DNA of 7,254 nucleotides from Candidatus Woesearchaeota archaeon (GCA_964573185.1 CAZNIQ010000028.1:1-7254); one strand, 5' to 3'. Positions 1-5,728 are shown, numbered from the stretch's first letter. Notes: generated from the letters alone by a model not told the origin. Numbers and translations: made by a program.

Positions 1-58
1 GGTTTAGATTGGAGCAATGATCAGGAAAATCTCTTAGTTTTAAAATATCCTCGCCCAA
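1..58 (-). CDS. Possible 5' end of a CDS running off the left edge; product unknown
   Basis: The minus frame is open from 97 to the window edge and reads EELNIRVYEVSKGLGEDILKLRDFPDHCSNLN. It has purine-rich first codon positions and a K/E/I/L-type composition like the other genes here. The only in-frame start is TTG at 58-56. A TATA-like ATTAAATATAA (minus, about 82-92) lies about 25-30 nt upstream of it. The fragment is too short to identify, and a plus-frame ORF at 1-105 is an alternative. Confidence 0.25.
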   Translation of the reverse strand, partial: MGEDILKLRDFPDHCSNLN

Positions 59-160
59 CCCCTTACTTACTTCATATACTCTTATATTTAATTCCTCCTA
101 AAGATTAGTTTTTAACTAAATATCTTCCGATAAAATCAATACTTTCCGTTACGATCACTA

Positions 161-1255
161 TCATTCTAATTTTCTAATTTTTGCTACAAAGAACCCTTCA
201 GTATCATTATCAAATGGATATATTCTTAAAGTATACTTTACGTTTTCATGATACTTCTTTCCTTCCCATTCTAAAACCGGTTCGGACGTTTTTAAGTGAG
301 GTAAGTGTATTTTTTCAACCTTTGCATTAGGGTAATGTTCTAATAGCCAAGAAACTACTTCTTCATTTTCTTCGGGCTCTAAGGTACATGTAGAATAAAC
401 TAGGATTCCGCCGGGTTTTAATACTTCAAAAGCAGCTTTTATTAATTGTTTTTGTAACTTTGATAATCTTGTTACCATTTCAGGATTCCACATTCTTAAT
501 GTCTTATAGGATTTTCTTAAAGCACCAACGCCGGAACAAGGAACGTCTGCCAATACTTTATCAAACTTTATAGGAAATCTTACAAGCTTTCTGCCATCCA
601 TTTTTGTTACTATTGTATTCATAACACCACATCTCTGTAGATTTTCAACTAATGCAGAAATTCTTTGTAAATCAACATCATTTGCAACTATGACTCCCTT
701 ATTTTCCATATGCATTGCCATTTGTGTTGTTTTTGATCCAGGGGCTGCTGCAATATCTAAAACTAATTCTCCAGGTTTAGGATCCAAAACGATGGGAGGT
801 ATCATTGAAGCTGCTTCTTGAGAATAAATATAACCTAGCTGAAATTCTATAGTGTTTCCTATATCTCTCCTTTCAGGACGTTCAACCCAAAAACCATATT
901 TATACCACGGTATAGGTCTTATTTCCCATCCCTCTTCTTTTAACCTTCTAAGAACTTCTGTTGCCTTTGGGCCTTTAAAAGGATATGGTTTTAGGTAAAA
1001 TTGTTTTTCCAAAAATTCTAATATTTCTTCCTCTTTCCTTTTGTTATCTATTTCTTGCTTTTCAATTATAATTTGCATTAATTCTTCTTTGGTTAAATTA
1101 TCTTCAACTTTTATGGTATTAATTCTAATAGATTTCTTTAATGGCTTTAAAGACCATCGTATAAATTCATCAAATCTATCTCCAAGTAGTTTTTTATATC
1201 TTTCAACGAAGGCTCTCTTAAACCTGTGACCATAAAGTTCTACCCACTTTGTCAT
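161..1255 (-). CDS. NOL1/NOP2/Sun-family RNA (cytosine-C5)-methyltransferase (archaeal Trm4/NSUN-like)
   Basis: 364-aa ORF starting at ATG 1255. Motifs seen: DIAAAPGSKT (SAM-binding motif I), ANDVD, DVPCSG (motif IV Pro-Cys) and YSTCT (motif VI catalytic Cys). The C-terminal RIYPFDNDTEGFFVAKIRK is typical of Sun/Trm4 enzymes. Confidence 0.9.
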   Translation of the reverse strand: MTKWVELYGHRFKRAFVERYKKLLGDRFDEFIRWSLKPLKKSIRINTIKVEDNLTKEELMQIIIEKQEIDNKRKEEEILEFLEKQFYLKPYPFKGPKATEVLRRLKEEGWEIRPIPWYKYGFWVERPERRDIGNTIEFQLGYIYSQEAASMIPPIVLDPKPGELVLDIAAAPGSKTTQMAMHMENKGVIVANDVDLQRISALVENLQRCGVMNTIVTKMDGRKLVRFPIKFDKVLADVPCSGVGALRKSYKTLRMWNPEMVTRLSKLQKQLIKAAFEVLKPGGILVYSTCTLEPEENEEVVSWLLEHYPNAKVEKIHLPHLKTSEPVLEWEGKKYHENVKYTLRIYPFDNDTEGFFVAKIRKLE

Positions 1256-1285
1256 TATCTCTTTTTTAATTACAAAATTTTTGAA

Positions 1286-1359
1286 AGCCCCGGCCGGGAT
1301 TTGAACCCGGGACCTGCGGCTTACAAGGCCGCCGCTCTACCGGGCTGAGCTACCGGGGC
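1286..1359 (-). tRNA. tRNA-Thr (anticodon UGU), 74 nt, no encoded CCA
   Basis: The reverse complement folds into a perfect cloverleaf. Acceptor GCCCCGG/CCGGGGC; D stem GCUC/GAGC; anticodon stem GCGGC/GCCGC with loop CUUGUAA; T stem CCGGG/CCCGG with loop UUCAAAU; discriminator U. It is a GC-rich island in AT-rich DNA. Confidence 0.93.
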
Positions 1360-1360
1360 T

Positions 1361-2137
1361 TTAAATAAAGATGCTAAATAACTTATAAATAGCTATCGAT
1401 GACCCTATTAAGATTATTGAATGAATTAGCCCTCTGTAGAAACTTCCTTTAGTAACTTTTCCAATAACTAAACCTGTAAAGAAAGCATTTATTATAATAG
1501 TTGTTAGGATAATATCATCAAAATCTGAAATATTTAGAGGAGAATTAAACATTTTGGAAAAATCAATCAGTATTTTTCTTAAAATTAAAGAAGCCAAGAC
1601 AAAACCTATAAAGATGATATAGAAAACAAAGTTATAATACCTTGTTTCGGATTCCCTTTCCTTTAGTAAATTATTTATTTCTTGTAACGCTAATGATACA
1701 GAAATTAAAGTTTTAGCAGGATCTCCTCCAGATTTCTCAGCTTCTATAAAGGTGGCTACCGCTCTCTTTATTAGTAAACTATCTATTTTGCTTGCAAAAC
1801 GTTCCATTGCCTCCGAAAACGGTAGACCTAAATGTATCTGTGCTACTATCCTCTTAATATAATTAGATAGCTTTCCATAGTAATTTTGTGCGGTGGATTG
1901 TAGAGCTTTTGGTAATGACATCCCAGTTTCAATATAAAAAGAAAGATCCCTTAGGAAATTTGGAAATTCAGATTCTATTTCTTCTATTTCTCTTAATTTT
2001 AAAGCCATATATATAAGATATGGTGTAAAAGCAAGAATTATTAGCACAACAAACAGATAAAGAGGGAGGTTTAGAAAAGCTTGAATTATAATGATAAAAG
2101 TAGCAAGTACTAAGGAGATTATTAAATATAGGTTCAT
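1361..2137 (-). CDS. T2SS-F / TadC / FlaJ-family polytopic membrane protein (single T2SSF domain)
   Basis: The track ORF starts at TTG 2140; the first ATG is at 2137. The protein has N-terminal TM helices, then a central soluble helical segment (LPKALQSTAQNY...GLPFSEAMERFASKI...IEAEKSGGDPAKTL) resembling the GspF/TadC/FlaJ repeat, then 2-3 C-terminal TM helices. The stop codon (1363-1361) lies 1 nt from the tRNA-Thr 5' end. Confidence 0.72.
   Translation of the reverse strand: MNLYLIISLVLATFIIIIQAFLNLPLYLFVVLIILAFTPYLIYMALKLREIEEIESEFPNFLRDLSFYIETGMSLPKALQSTAQNYYGKLSNYIKRIVAQIHLGLPFSEAMERFASKIDSLLIKRAVATFIEAEKSGGDPAKTLISVSLALQEINNLLKERESETRYYNFVFYIIFIGFVLASLILRKILIDFSKMFNSPLNISDFDDIILTTIIINAFFTGLVIGKVTKGSFYRGLIHSIILIGSSIAIYKLFSIFI
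1382..1389 (-). promoter_or_regulatory. TATA-like box (TTTATAAG on minus strand) for tRNA-Thr, inside the 3' end of the upstream CDS
   Basis: Exactly 22 nt separate this octamer from G1 of the tRNA (1359). That is the usual archaeal spacing from the end of the TATA box to the transcription start. No experimental support. Confidence 0.45.
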
Positions 2138-2167
2138 CAAAAATAAATATGATACCTACCCTTAAAA

Positions 2168-2216
2168 ATGATGATGCGCATGCTAGCAGATTAATGAAGA
2201 TCAGGTCACGGACTGA
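2168..2216 (+). ncRNA. Candidate C/D box sRNA (or cis-acting K-turn element) overlapping the start of the MBL-fold gene
   Basis: AUGAUGA (2168-2174), 12 nt, CAGA (2187-2190), uua, AUGAAGA (2194-2200), 12 nt, CUGA (2213-2216). This is the canonical archaeal C-12-D'-3-C'-12-D geometry. D' and C' each deviate from consensus by one base. Confidence 0.5.
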
Positions 2217-3051
2217 ACTTCTATTTTATGATTCATTTTCAGTAAGATCAATGGCAACAAAAATAAATACCGATGTTAAAATTTTAATAGATCCTTCTAT
2301 TTCCATTGCTCCAAAAAGATTTGGCTTACCTCCTTCTAAAGAAGAATTAAAAGAATTAGAAAAAGGAAAAGAATTTTTAAGCAAAGAGCAGGCAGATATA
2401 ATTATAATAACACATTATCACTGGGATCATTGTCCAAAACCTACAGAAAAACATTATAAAATATTATTTAAGGGAAAACTTTTTGTAAAAGATTTTAACA
2501 AAACAAACCTCTCTCAAAAGAATAGAGCTCAATGGGTATTAAAAGGAATAAAGAATTTTGTAATAGCAGATGGAAAAACGTTTGAAATTGGAAATACATT
2601 AATAAAATTTAGTGAAGGGGTCAATCATGGTTTAGATTCAAAATTAGGAAAAGTTTTGATGGTTCATATAGAATATAAGGATTTTTCGTTTCTTTTTGGC
2701 TCAGATATACAATATTTAGATGAAGAAAAAATAAAGTTTATTTTAGATGTTGATCCGGAAGTTTTTGTATTTTCTGGACCACCTCTATATCTTTGGTTCT
2801 TACCTAAGAAAATCGACGAATTTGTAAGAAGCTTAGAGAGGATTGTGAGTAAAACAAGATTGAAGTATATTATTATAGATCATCATACGGCAAGATCTGA
2901 AAGATATATAGAATTTTTAAATGAAATAAGAGAGAAGCTAAATGATTTTGATGTAAAAGTTTTATCTGCTGCAGAATTTATGAATAAAGAGATAAGAATG
3001 TTAGAGGTGAAGAGAAAGAATTTGTCCGGTAATCCGGGCGGGGGGATTTGA
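2194..3051 (+). CDS. MBL-fold metallo-hydrolase, UPF0282-like
   Basis: Metal-binding motif THYHWDH (HxHxDH). The N-terminal FYDSFSVRSMATKINT..ILIDPSISIAPKRFGLPPS matches my recollection of archaeal UPF0282 proteins, which begin MKI... The ORF opens at ATG 2149, but ATG 2194 (MKIRS...) fits that homology better. ATG 2194 also sits about 25 nt downstream of the TATA-like TTAAAAAT at 2162-2169. The last 19 nt (3033-3051, peptide ..GNPGGGI) are antisense to tRNA-Tyr. Confidence 0.8.
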   Translation: MKIRSRTELLFYDSFSVRSMATKINTDVKILIDPSISIAPKRFGLPPSKEELKELEKGKEFLSKEQADIIIITHYHWDHCPKPTEKHYKILFKGKLFVKDFNKTNLSQKNRAQWVLKGIKNFVIADGKTFEIGNTLIKFSEGVNHGLDSKLGKVLMVHIEYKDFSFLFGSDIQYLDEEKIKFILDVDPEVFVFSGPPLYLWFLPKKIDEFVRSLERIVSKTRLKYIIIDHHTARSERYIEFLNEIREKLNDFDVKVLSAAEFMNKEIRMLEVKRKNLSGNPGGGI

Positions 3052-3117
3052 ACCCCCGACCTGCCGGTGTCTGCCTTCACTACAGCCGGCCGCTCTACCA
3101 GGCTGAGCTACGCCCGG
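3033..3117 (-). tRNA. tRNA-Tyr (anticodon GUA), 85 nt including an 11-nt intron at 37/38; no encoded CCA
   Basis: Acceptor CCGGGCG/CGCCCGG with C1-G72 and discriminator A73, the archaeal/eukaryal tRNA-Tyr identity features. D arm GCUC-AGCCUGGUA-GAGC; anticodon stem GCCGG/CCGGC; T arm GGGGG-UUCAAAU-CCCCC. The anticodon stem strands enclose 18 nt: the 7-nt loop CUGUAG..A plus the intron. Confidence 0.9.
3069..3079 (-). other. tRNA-Tyr intron (UGAAGGCAGAC) at the canonical 37/38 position
   Basis: C32-U35 can pair with intron G6-G9 (C-G, U-A, G-C, U.G) to form a 4-bp helix. The 3' splice site falls in a 3-nt bulge (A10 C11 | A38). The 5' splice site falls in A36 G37 | U1, within the terminal loop. 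This is a relaxed bulge-helix-loop rather than a strict BHB. Confidence 0.75.
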
Positions 3118-3120
3118 ATT

Positions 3121-3158
3121 TCTAAAATATTTTAAGATTAAACATTTTTAAAACCTTT
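3121..3158. promoter_or_regulatory. A/T-rich divergent promoter region between tRNA-Tyr and the GPN GTPase gene
   Basis: TATTTTAAGA (about 3127-3137, +) is centred about 27 nt upstream of ATG 3159. The palindromic TTTTAAAA (3146-3153) lies 28 nt upstream of tRNA-Tyr C1 on the minus strand. There is no Shine-Dalgarno before ATG 3159. Confidence 0.35.
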
Positions 3159-3896
3159 ATGTTGGTCTTTATACTTGGTACTGCAGGATCCGGAAAGACT
3201 ACTTTAGCAAAGAACTTCTCAGATTATCTTAAAGAAAAGGAGGAAGCTACTTTAATTAATTTAGATCCCGGCAATGATTTAAATGCAGATGTAAATATAA
3301 GAGATTATGTAAAGGCAGAGGATGTGATGAGAAAATATAATCTTGGACCTAATTCTGCTTTAATAAAATCAATTGAATTAATGTATGATAAGATTGATCA
3401 AATCTTAAGTAAAATACCCGATGTCTATTGGAAAATAATAGATACTCCAGGTCAATTAGAATTGTTTTTGTATAAAGATATAGGAAAAAGAATTGTAAAG
3501 AAATTTAAAGAAATTGATAACGAAGTTGCATTAGTATTTTTGGTAGATGTCAATGACGTTTTGAAACCAGAGAACTTAGTAAGTATTTTAGCTTGGCAAG
3601 TTATCATATCTTTAAGACTAGAAGAAAACTCATGTGTTGTTATTAATAAAAAAGATCTTTTATCTGAAGAAGAAATGAATAAATTAAAATTAGAATTAAA
3701 ATTAAAAAAACCATTAGAAGAATTAAAGAAAAAAGATGCATTATCCTATATGATTGCCGAAAGCTTTAAGGAATTTTACGAATATTCTACTATTTGGAGA
3801 AGGCCTATATTTATCTCTGCCTTAAAAAAAGAAGGGTTTGACGAATTAGAAGATGTTATTAGAGAGTTGTTTTGTACATGTGGGGATATTTCATGA
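3159..3896 (+). CDS. GPN-loop GTPase
   Basis: P-loop GTAGSGKTT, the GPN signature in YNLGPNSALI, DTPGQLELF (Walker B/switch) and the NKKD guanine-specificity motif. At 245 aa the length is typical of archaeal GPN GTPases. Confidence 0.9.
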   Translation: MLVFILGTAGSGKTTLAKNFSDYLKEKEEATLINLDPGNDLNADVNIRDYVKAEDVMRKYNLGPNSALIKSIELMYDKIDQILSKIPDVYWKIIDTPGQLELFLYKDIGKRIVKKFKEIDNEVALVFLVDVNDVLKPENLVSILAWQVIISLRLEENSCVVINKKDLLSEEEMNKLKLELKLKKPLEELKKKDALSYMIAESFKEFYEYSTIWRRPIFISALKKEGFDELEDVIRELFCTCGDIS

Positions 3897-4676
3897 TCTT
3901 TCAATAGGTAAAGTTGCACAGCGTACAGCCCCTCCAGCTTTCATTATTTCAGAAAATGGGACATATATAATATCAACTCCTTCTTTTTCTAAAATTCTTA
4001 AGAAATCTCTATTTTCTTCAGGAGCAATTATTTTGTATTCTTTTAATACTAAAAAGTTTGGAACCATTTTATACCAGTATTTCATATTTATTTTTAAATA
4101 ATTTATATCATTAAATTTGAAATCTATGTAACCTATTGCTAAATCTCTTGAAGCAAAATTTAATGCCAAATCCAAATGTATAAATTCTTTGGGTAATTTT
4201 ATAGGAATTACTTCTGCATATTGTTTAAAGAAATTAATTGCTTTTTCATCAGTTCTTTCTGAAATTCCTAAAAATATTAAGTCCTTATCATAGATTATTA
4301 TATTTCCGCCTTCAAAAAAGAAATCCTTTATTTCTATATAATTTATTTTCAATTCTTTTAACTTTTCTTTCAAAATTTCCGTTTCTCTTTTCCTAATAGA
4401 ATATCTTAAATTTCCTACTACAAATAAATTGTTATTTAACAAAACACCGAGGTCTCTTGTAAACACAGAATAGGGATATTTATTTTCTATTTCTACAACT
4501 TTTATCCTCTCATCTTTAAGCACACTTATTAACTCTTCATGTTGCTTTAATGCTAATTCTTTGTTTATTGCCGAATTATAATACTTTGTAATAGGATCAA
4601 TTATCTCTTTTGTATCGAGATTATAAGGTCTGGAAACAATAATTTTCTTGGGTTTGTCAAAATCCGTCTTCAACAT
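3891..4676 (-). CDS. Guanidino-group-modifying enzyme superfamily protein (arginine deiminase / DDAH / amidinotransferase-like)
   Basis: Signature residues: VFTRD (substrate Asp), FIHLD (catalytic His) and the C-terminal GGAVRCATLP (nucleophile Cys). The track start at 4700 is TTG; the first ATG is at 4676 (MLKTDF...). Using 4676 leaves room for the two TATA-like boxes at 4681-4710. Confidence 0.75.
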   Translation of the reverse strand: MLKTDFDKPKKIIVSRPYNLDTKEIIDPITKYYNSAINKELALKQHEELISVLKDERIKVVEIENKYPYSVFTRDLGVLLNNNLFVVGNLRYSIRKRETEILKEKLKELKINYIEIKDFFFEGGNIIIYDKDLIFLGISERTDEKAINFFKQYAEVIPIKLPKEFIHLDLALNFASRDLAIGYIDFKFNDINYLKINMKYWYKMVPNFLVLKEYKIIAPEENRDFLRILEKEGVDIIYVPFSEIMKAGGAVRCATLPIERS

Positions 4677-4680
4677 CAAG

Positions 4681-4710
4681 AATATAAAAACAAAGTTCAA
4701 AATTTAAAAA
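4681..4710. promoter_or_regulatory. Back-to-back TATA-like boxes for divergent, probably leaderless genes
   Basis: AATATAAAAA (4681-4690) lies about 20 nt upstream of ATG 4710 on the plus strand. TTTTTAAA (minus strand, 4703-4710) lies about 26 nt upstream of ATG 4676 on the minus strand. No Shine-Dalgarno on either side. Confidence 0.45.
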
Positions 4711-5618
4711 TGAGATGTTCCTTCTGTGGAAAAAAGGCAATATACTGTTATAAAGGAAAATGTTATTGTAAAGAGCACTTTATTGAATATTTCGAAAAGA
4801 AAGTACACGAAACGATTGAAAAATTTAATTTAATTAAAAAAGGTGAAAGAATTGGTGTTGCTGTATCAGGTGGCAAAGATTCTTTGTCCTTATTATATTT
4901 TTTAGACAAATATAAGGATAGATATGGAATAGAAGTTATTGGAATTCATATAGATGAGGGGATAAAAGGATATAGAGATATACTGACGGATTATTTGAAA
5001 AAAATCAGTAAAAAATTTGGATGGGAAATAAAGATATATAAATTCAAGGATTTTTTCGGGGTAACTTTAGATGAGGCTGTAAAAAGGATCAAAGAATATA
5101 AACCTTGTACTATTTGTGGTGTATGGAGAAGATGGCTTATGAACTATGCTGCAAAAGAATTAAATTTAGATAAATTGGCAACAGCACATAATGCTAATGA
5201 TGAAGCACAAACAGTTATAATGAATATAATAGAAGGCAATACAAAAGATTTTGTTAAAGGAGGTCCGTATGTAGGTATAAAAGAATTAGATATTGTACCA
5301 AGGATAAAACCTTTCTATTTCGTTTTAGAAAAAGAAACAACAATATATTCCATCCTTAATGGAATTTATCCTCCTTTTGTAGAATGCCCTTACATAAGAG
5401 GACAGACAAGGGATTTAATAAGAAAAAAATTGTACGAATTAGAAAGCAAGTATGAAGGATTTAATGAGAACATCGTTAGAAATTATGTCGAAGTAATTGA
5501 AAAATTAAAGGAAAAATATAAAGGTACTGTAAAATTAAAGAAATGTAAAATCTGTGGTTTCCCTACAAGTCATGATATTTGTAGAGCTTGTGAGTTGCGT
5601 CGGTTTGTGGCCCCCTGA
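4710..5618 (+). CDS. TtuA/NcsA (Ncs6/Ctu1)-type tRNA 2-thiolation PP-loop ATPase
   Basis: N-terminal zinc finger CSFC...CKEH (CxxC..CxxH) and PP-loop SGGKDS. Cysteines at CTIC and ECPY match the three Fe-S ligand positions of TtuA-type enzymes. C-terminal zinc finger CKIC...CRAC. I cannot distinguish s2T54 (TtuA) from s2U34 (NcsA) specificity from sequence alone. Confidence 0.88.
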   Translation: MRCSFCGKKAIYCYKGKCYCKEHFIEYFEKKVHETIEKFNLIKKGERIGVAVSGGKDSLSLLYFLDKYKDRYGIEVIGIHIDEGIKGYRDILTDYLKKISKKFGWEIKIYKFKDFFGVTLDEAVKRIKEYKPCTICGVWRRWLMNYAAKELNLDKLATAHNANDEAQTVIMNIIEGNTKDFVKGGPYVGIKELDIVPRIKPFYFVLEKETTIYSILNGIYPPFVECPYIRGQTRDLIRKKLYELESKYEGFNENIVRNYVEVIEKLKEKYKGTVKLKKCKICGFPTSHDICRACELRRFVAP

Positions 5619-5651
5619 ATCATCATCCTTCAGATACTGGGCCTCTCTCCA

Positions 5652-5659
5652 TTTTTAAA
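5652..5659 (+). promoter_or_regulatory. TATA box (TTTTTAAA) for the C/D box sRNA at 5681-5728; its T5 run may also terminate the upstream gene
   Basis: A 21-nt gap separates the octamer from the C box at 5681, so the predicted start is within a few nt of the C box. The oligo-T run at 5652-5656 lies 34 nt after the stop at 5618. Confidence 0.5.
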
Positions 5660-5680
5660 TTTAGAGAAAAAGAATTTATA

Positions 5681-5728
5681 ATGATGATGTCTGGCGCTAC
5701 TGAAAATGATGAAAACCCAGCTATCTGA
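5681..5728 (+). ncRNA. C/D box sRNA (2'-O-methylation guide), double-guide
   Basis: C AUGAUGA 5681-5687; guide UGUCUGGCGCUA (12 nt); D' CUGA 5700-5703; spacer aa; C' AUGAUGA 5706-5712; guide AAACCCAGCUAU (12 nt); D CUGA 5725-5728. All four boxes are consensus and both spacers are 12 nt. Confidence 0.85.

Noticed and set aside
1041-1229. 62-aa plus-strand ORF
   Set aside because: It is entirely antisense to the well-supported methyltransferase CDS. The peptide is low-complexity and hydrophobic with no motif. It is a typical shadow ORF.
2138-2140. TTG start given by the ORF track for the T2SSF-like gene
   Set aside because: An ATG follows immediately (2137-2135). It sits 23 nt from the TTTTTAAG box (minus strand, 2161-2168), so ATG 2137 is preferred.
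2149-2193. 15-codon N-terminal extension (MIPTLKNDDAHASRL) of the MBL-fold ORF
   Set aside because: ATG 2149 lies inside A/T-rich promoter-like sequence. As I recall, UPF0282 homologues start at the MKI... position. It is kept as an alternative start and is not excluded.
2883-3080. 65-aa minus-strand ORF
   Set aside because: It is antisense to the MBL-fold CDS and runs through the tRNA-Tyr gene. Its N-terminal part is simply the tRNA sequence translated.
3324-3330. Perfect C-box heptamer GTGATGA inside the GPN GTPase CDS. Similar lone heptamers occur at 5196-5202 (+) and 2880-2886 (-).
   Set aside because: There is no CUGA at about 12 nt and no C'/D pair at the expected spacing. These are codon-driven (D-V-M-R, N-D-E) chance matches.
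3676-3715. Tandem-looking aaattaaaatta/gaattaaaatta repeats
   Set aside because: This is codon-level low complexity encoding a Lys/Leu/Glu coiled segment (KLKLELKLKK) inside the GTPase CDS. It is not a structural repeat or a CRISPR.
3853-4101. 82-aa plus-strand ORF
   Set aside because: It is antisense to the C-terminal catalytic region of the deiminase-like CDS and overlaps the GPN GTPase end in another frame. It has no motifs.
5615-5633. Small hairpin ctgaa-N9-ttcag just after the TtuA-like stop codon, considered as a terminator
   Set aside because: The stem is only 5 bp, and archaeal termination relies on oligo-T runs. The sequence is better explained by the antisense C'/D'-like boxes.
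5713-5728. Perfect complementarity of the sRNA D guide to the 3' end of the convergent orphan-gene mRNA
   Set aside because: It is a trivial consequence of the cis-antisense overlap and is not evidence of mRNA targeting.
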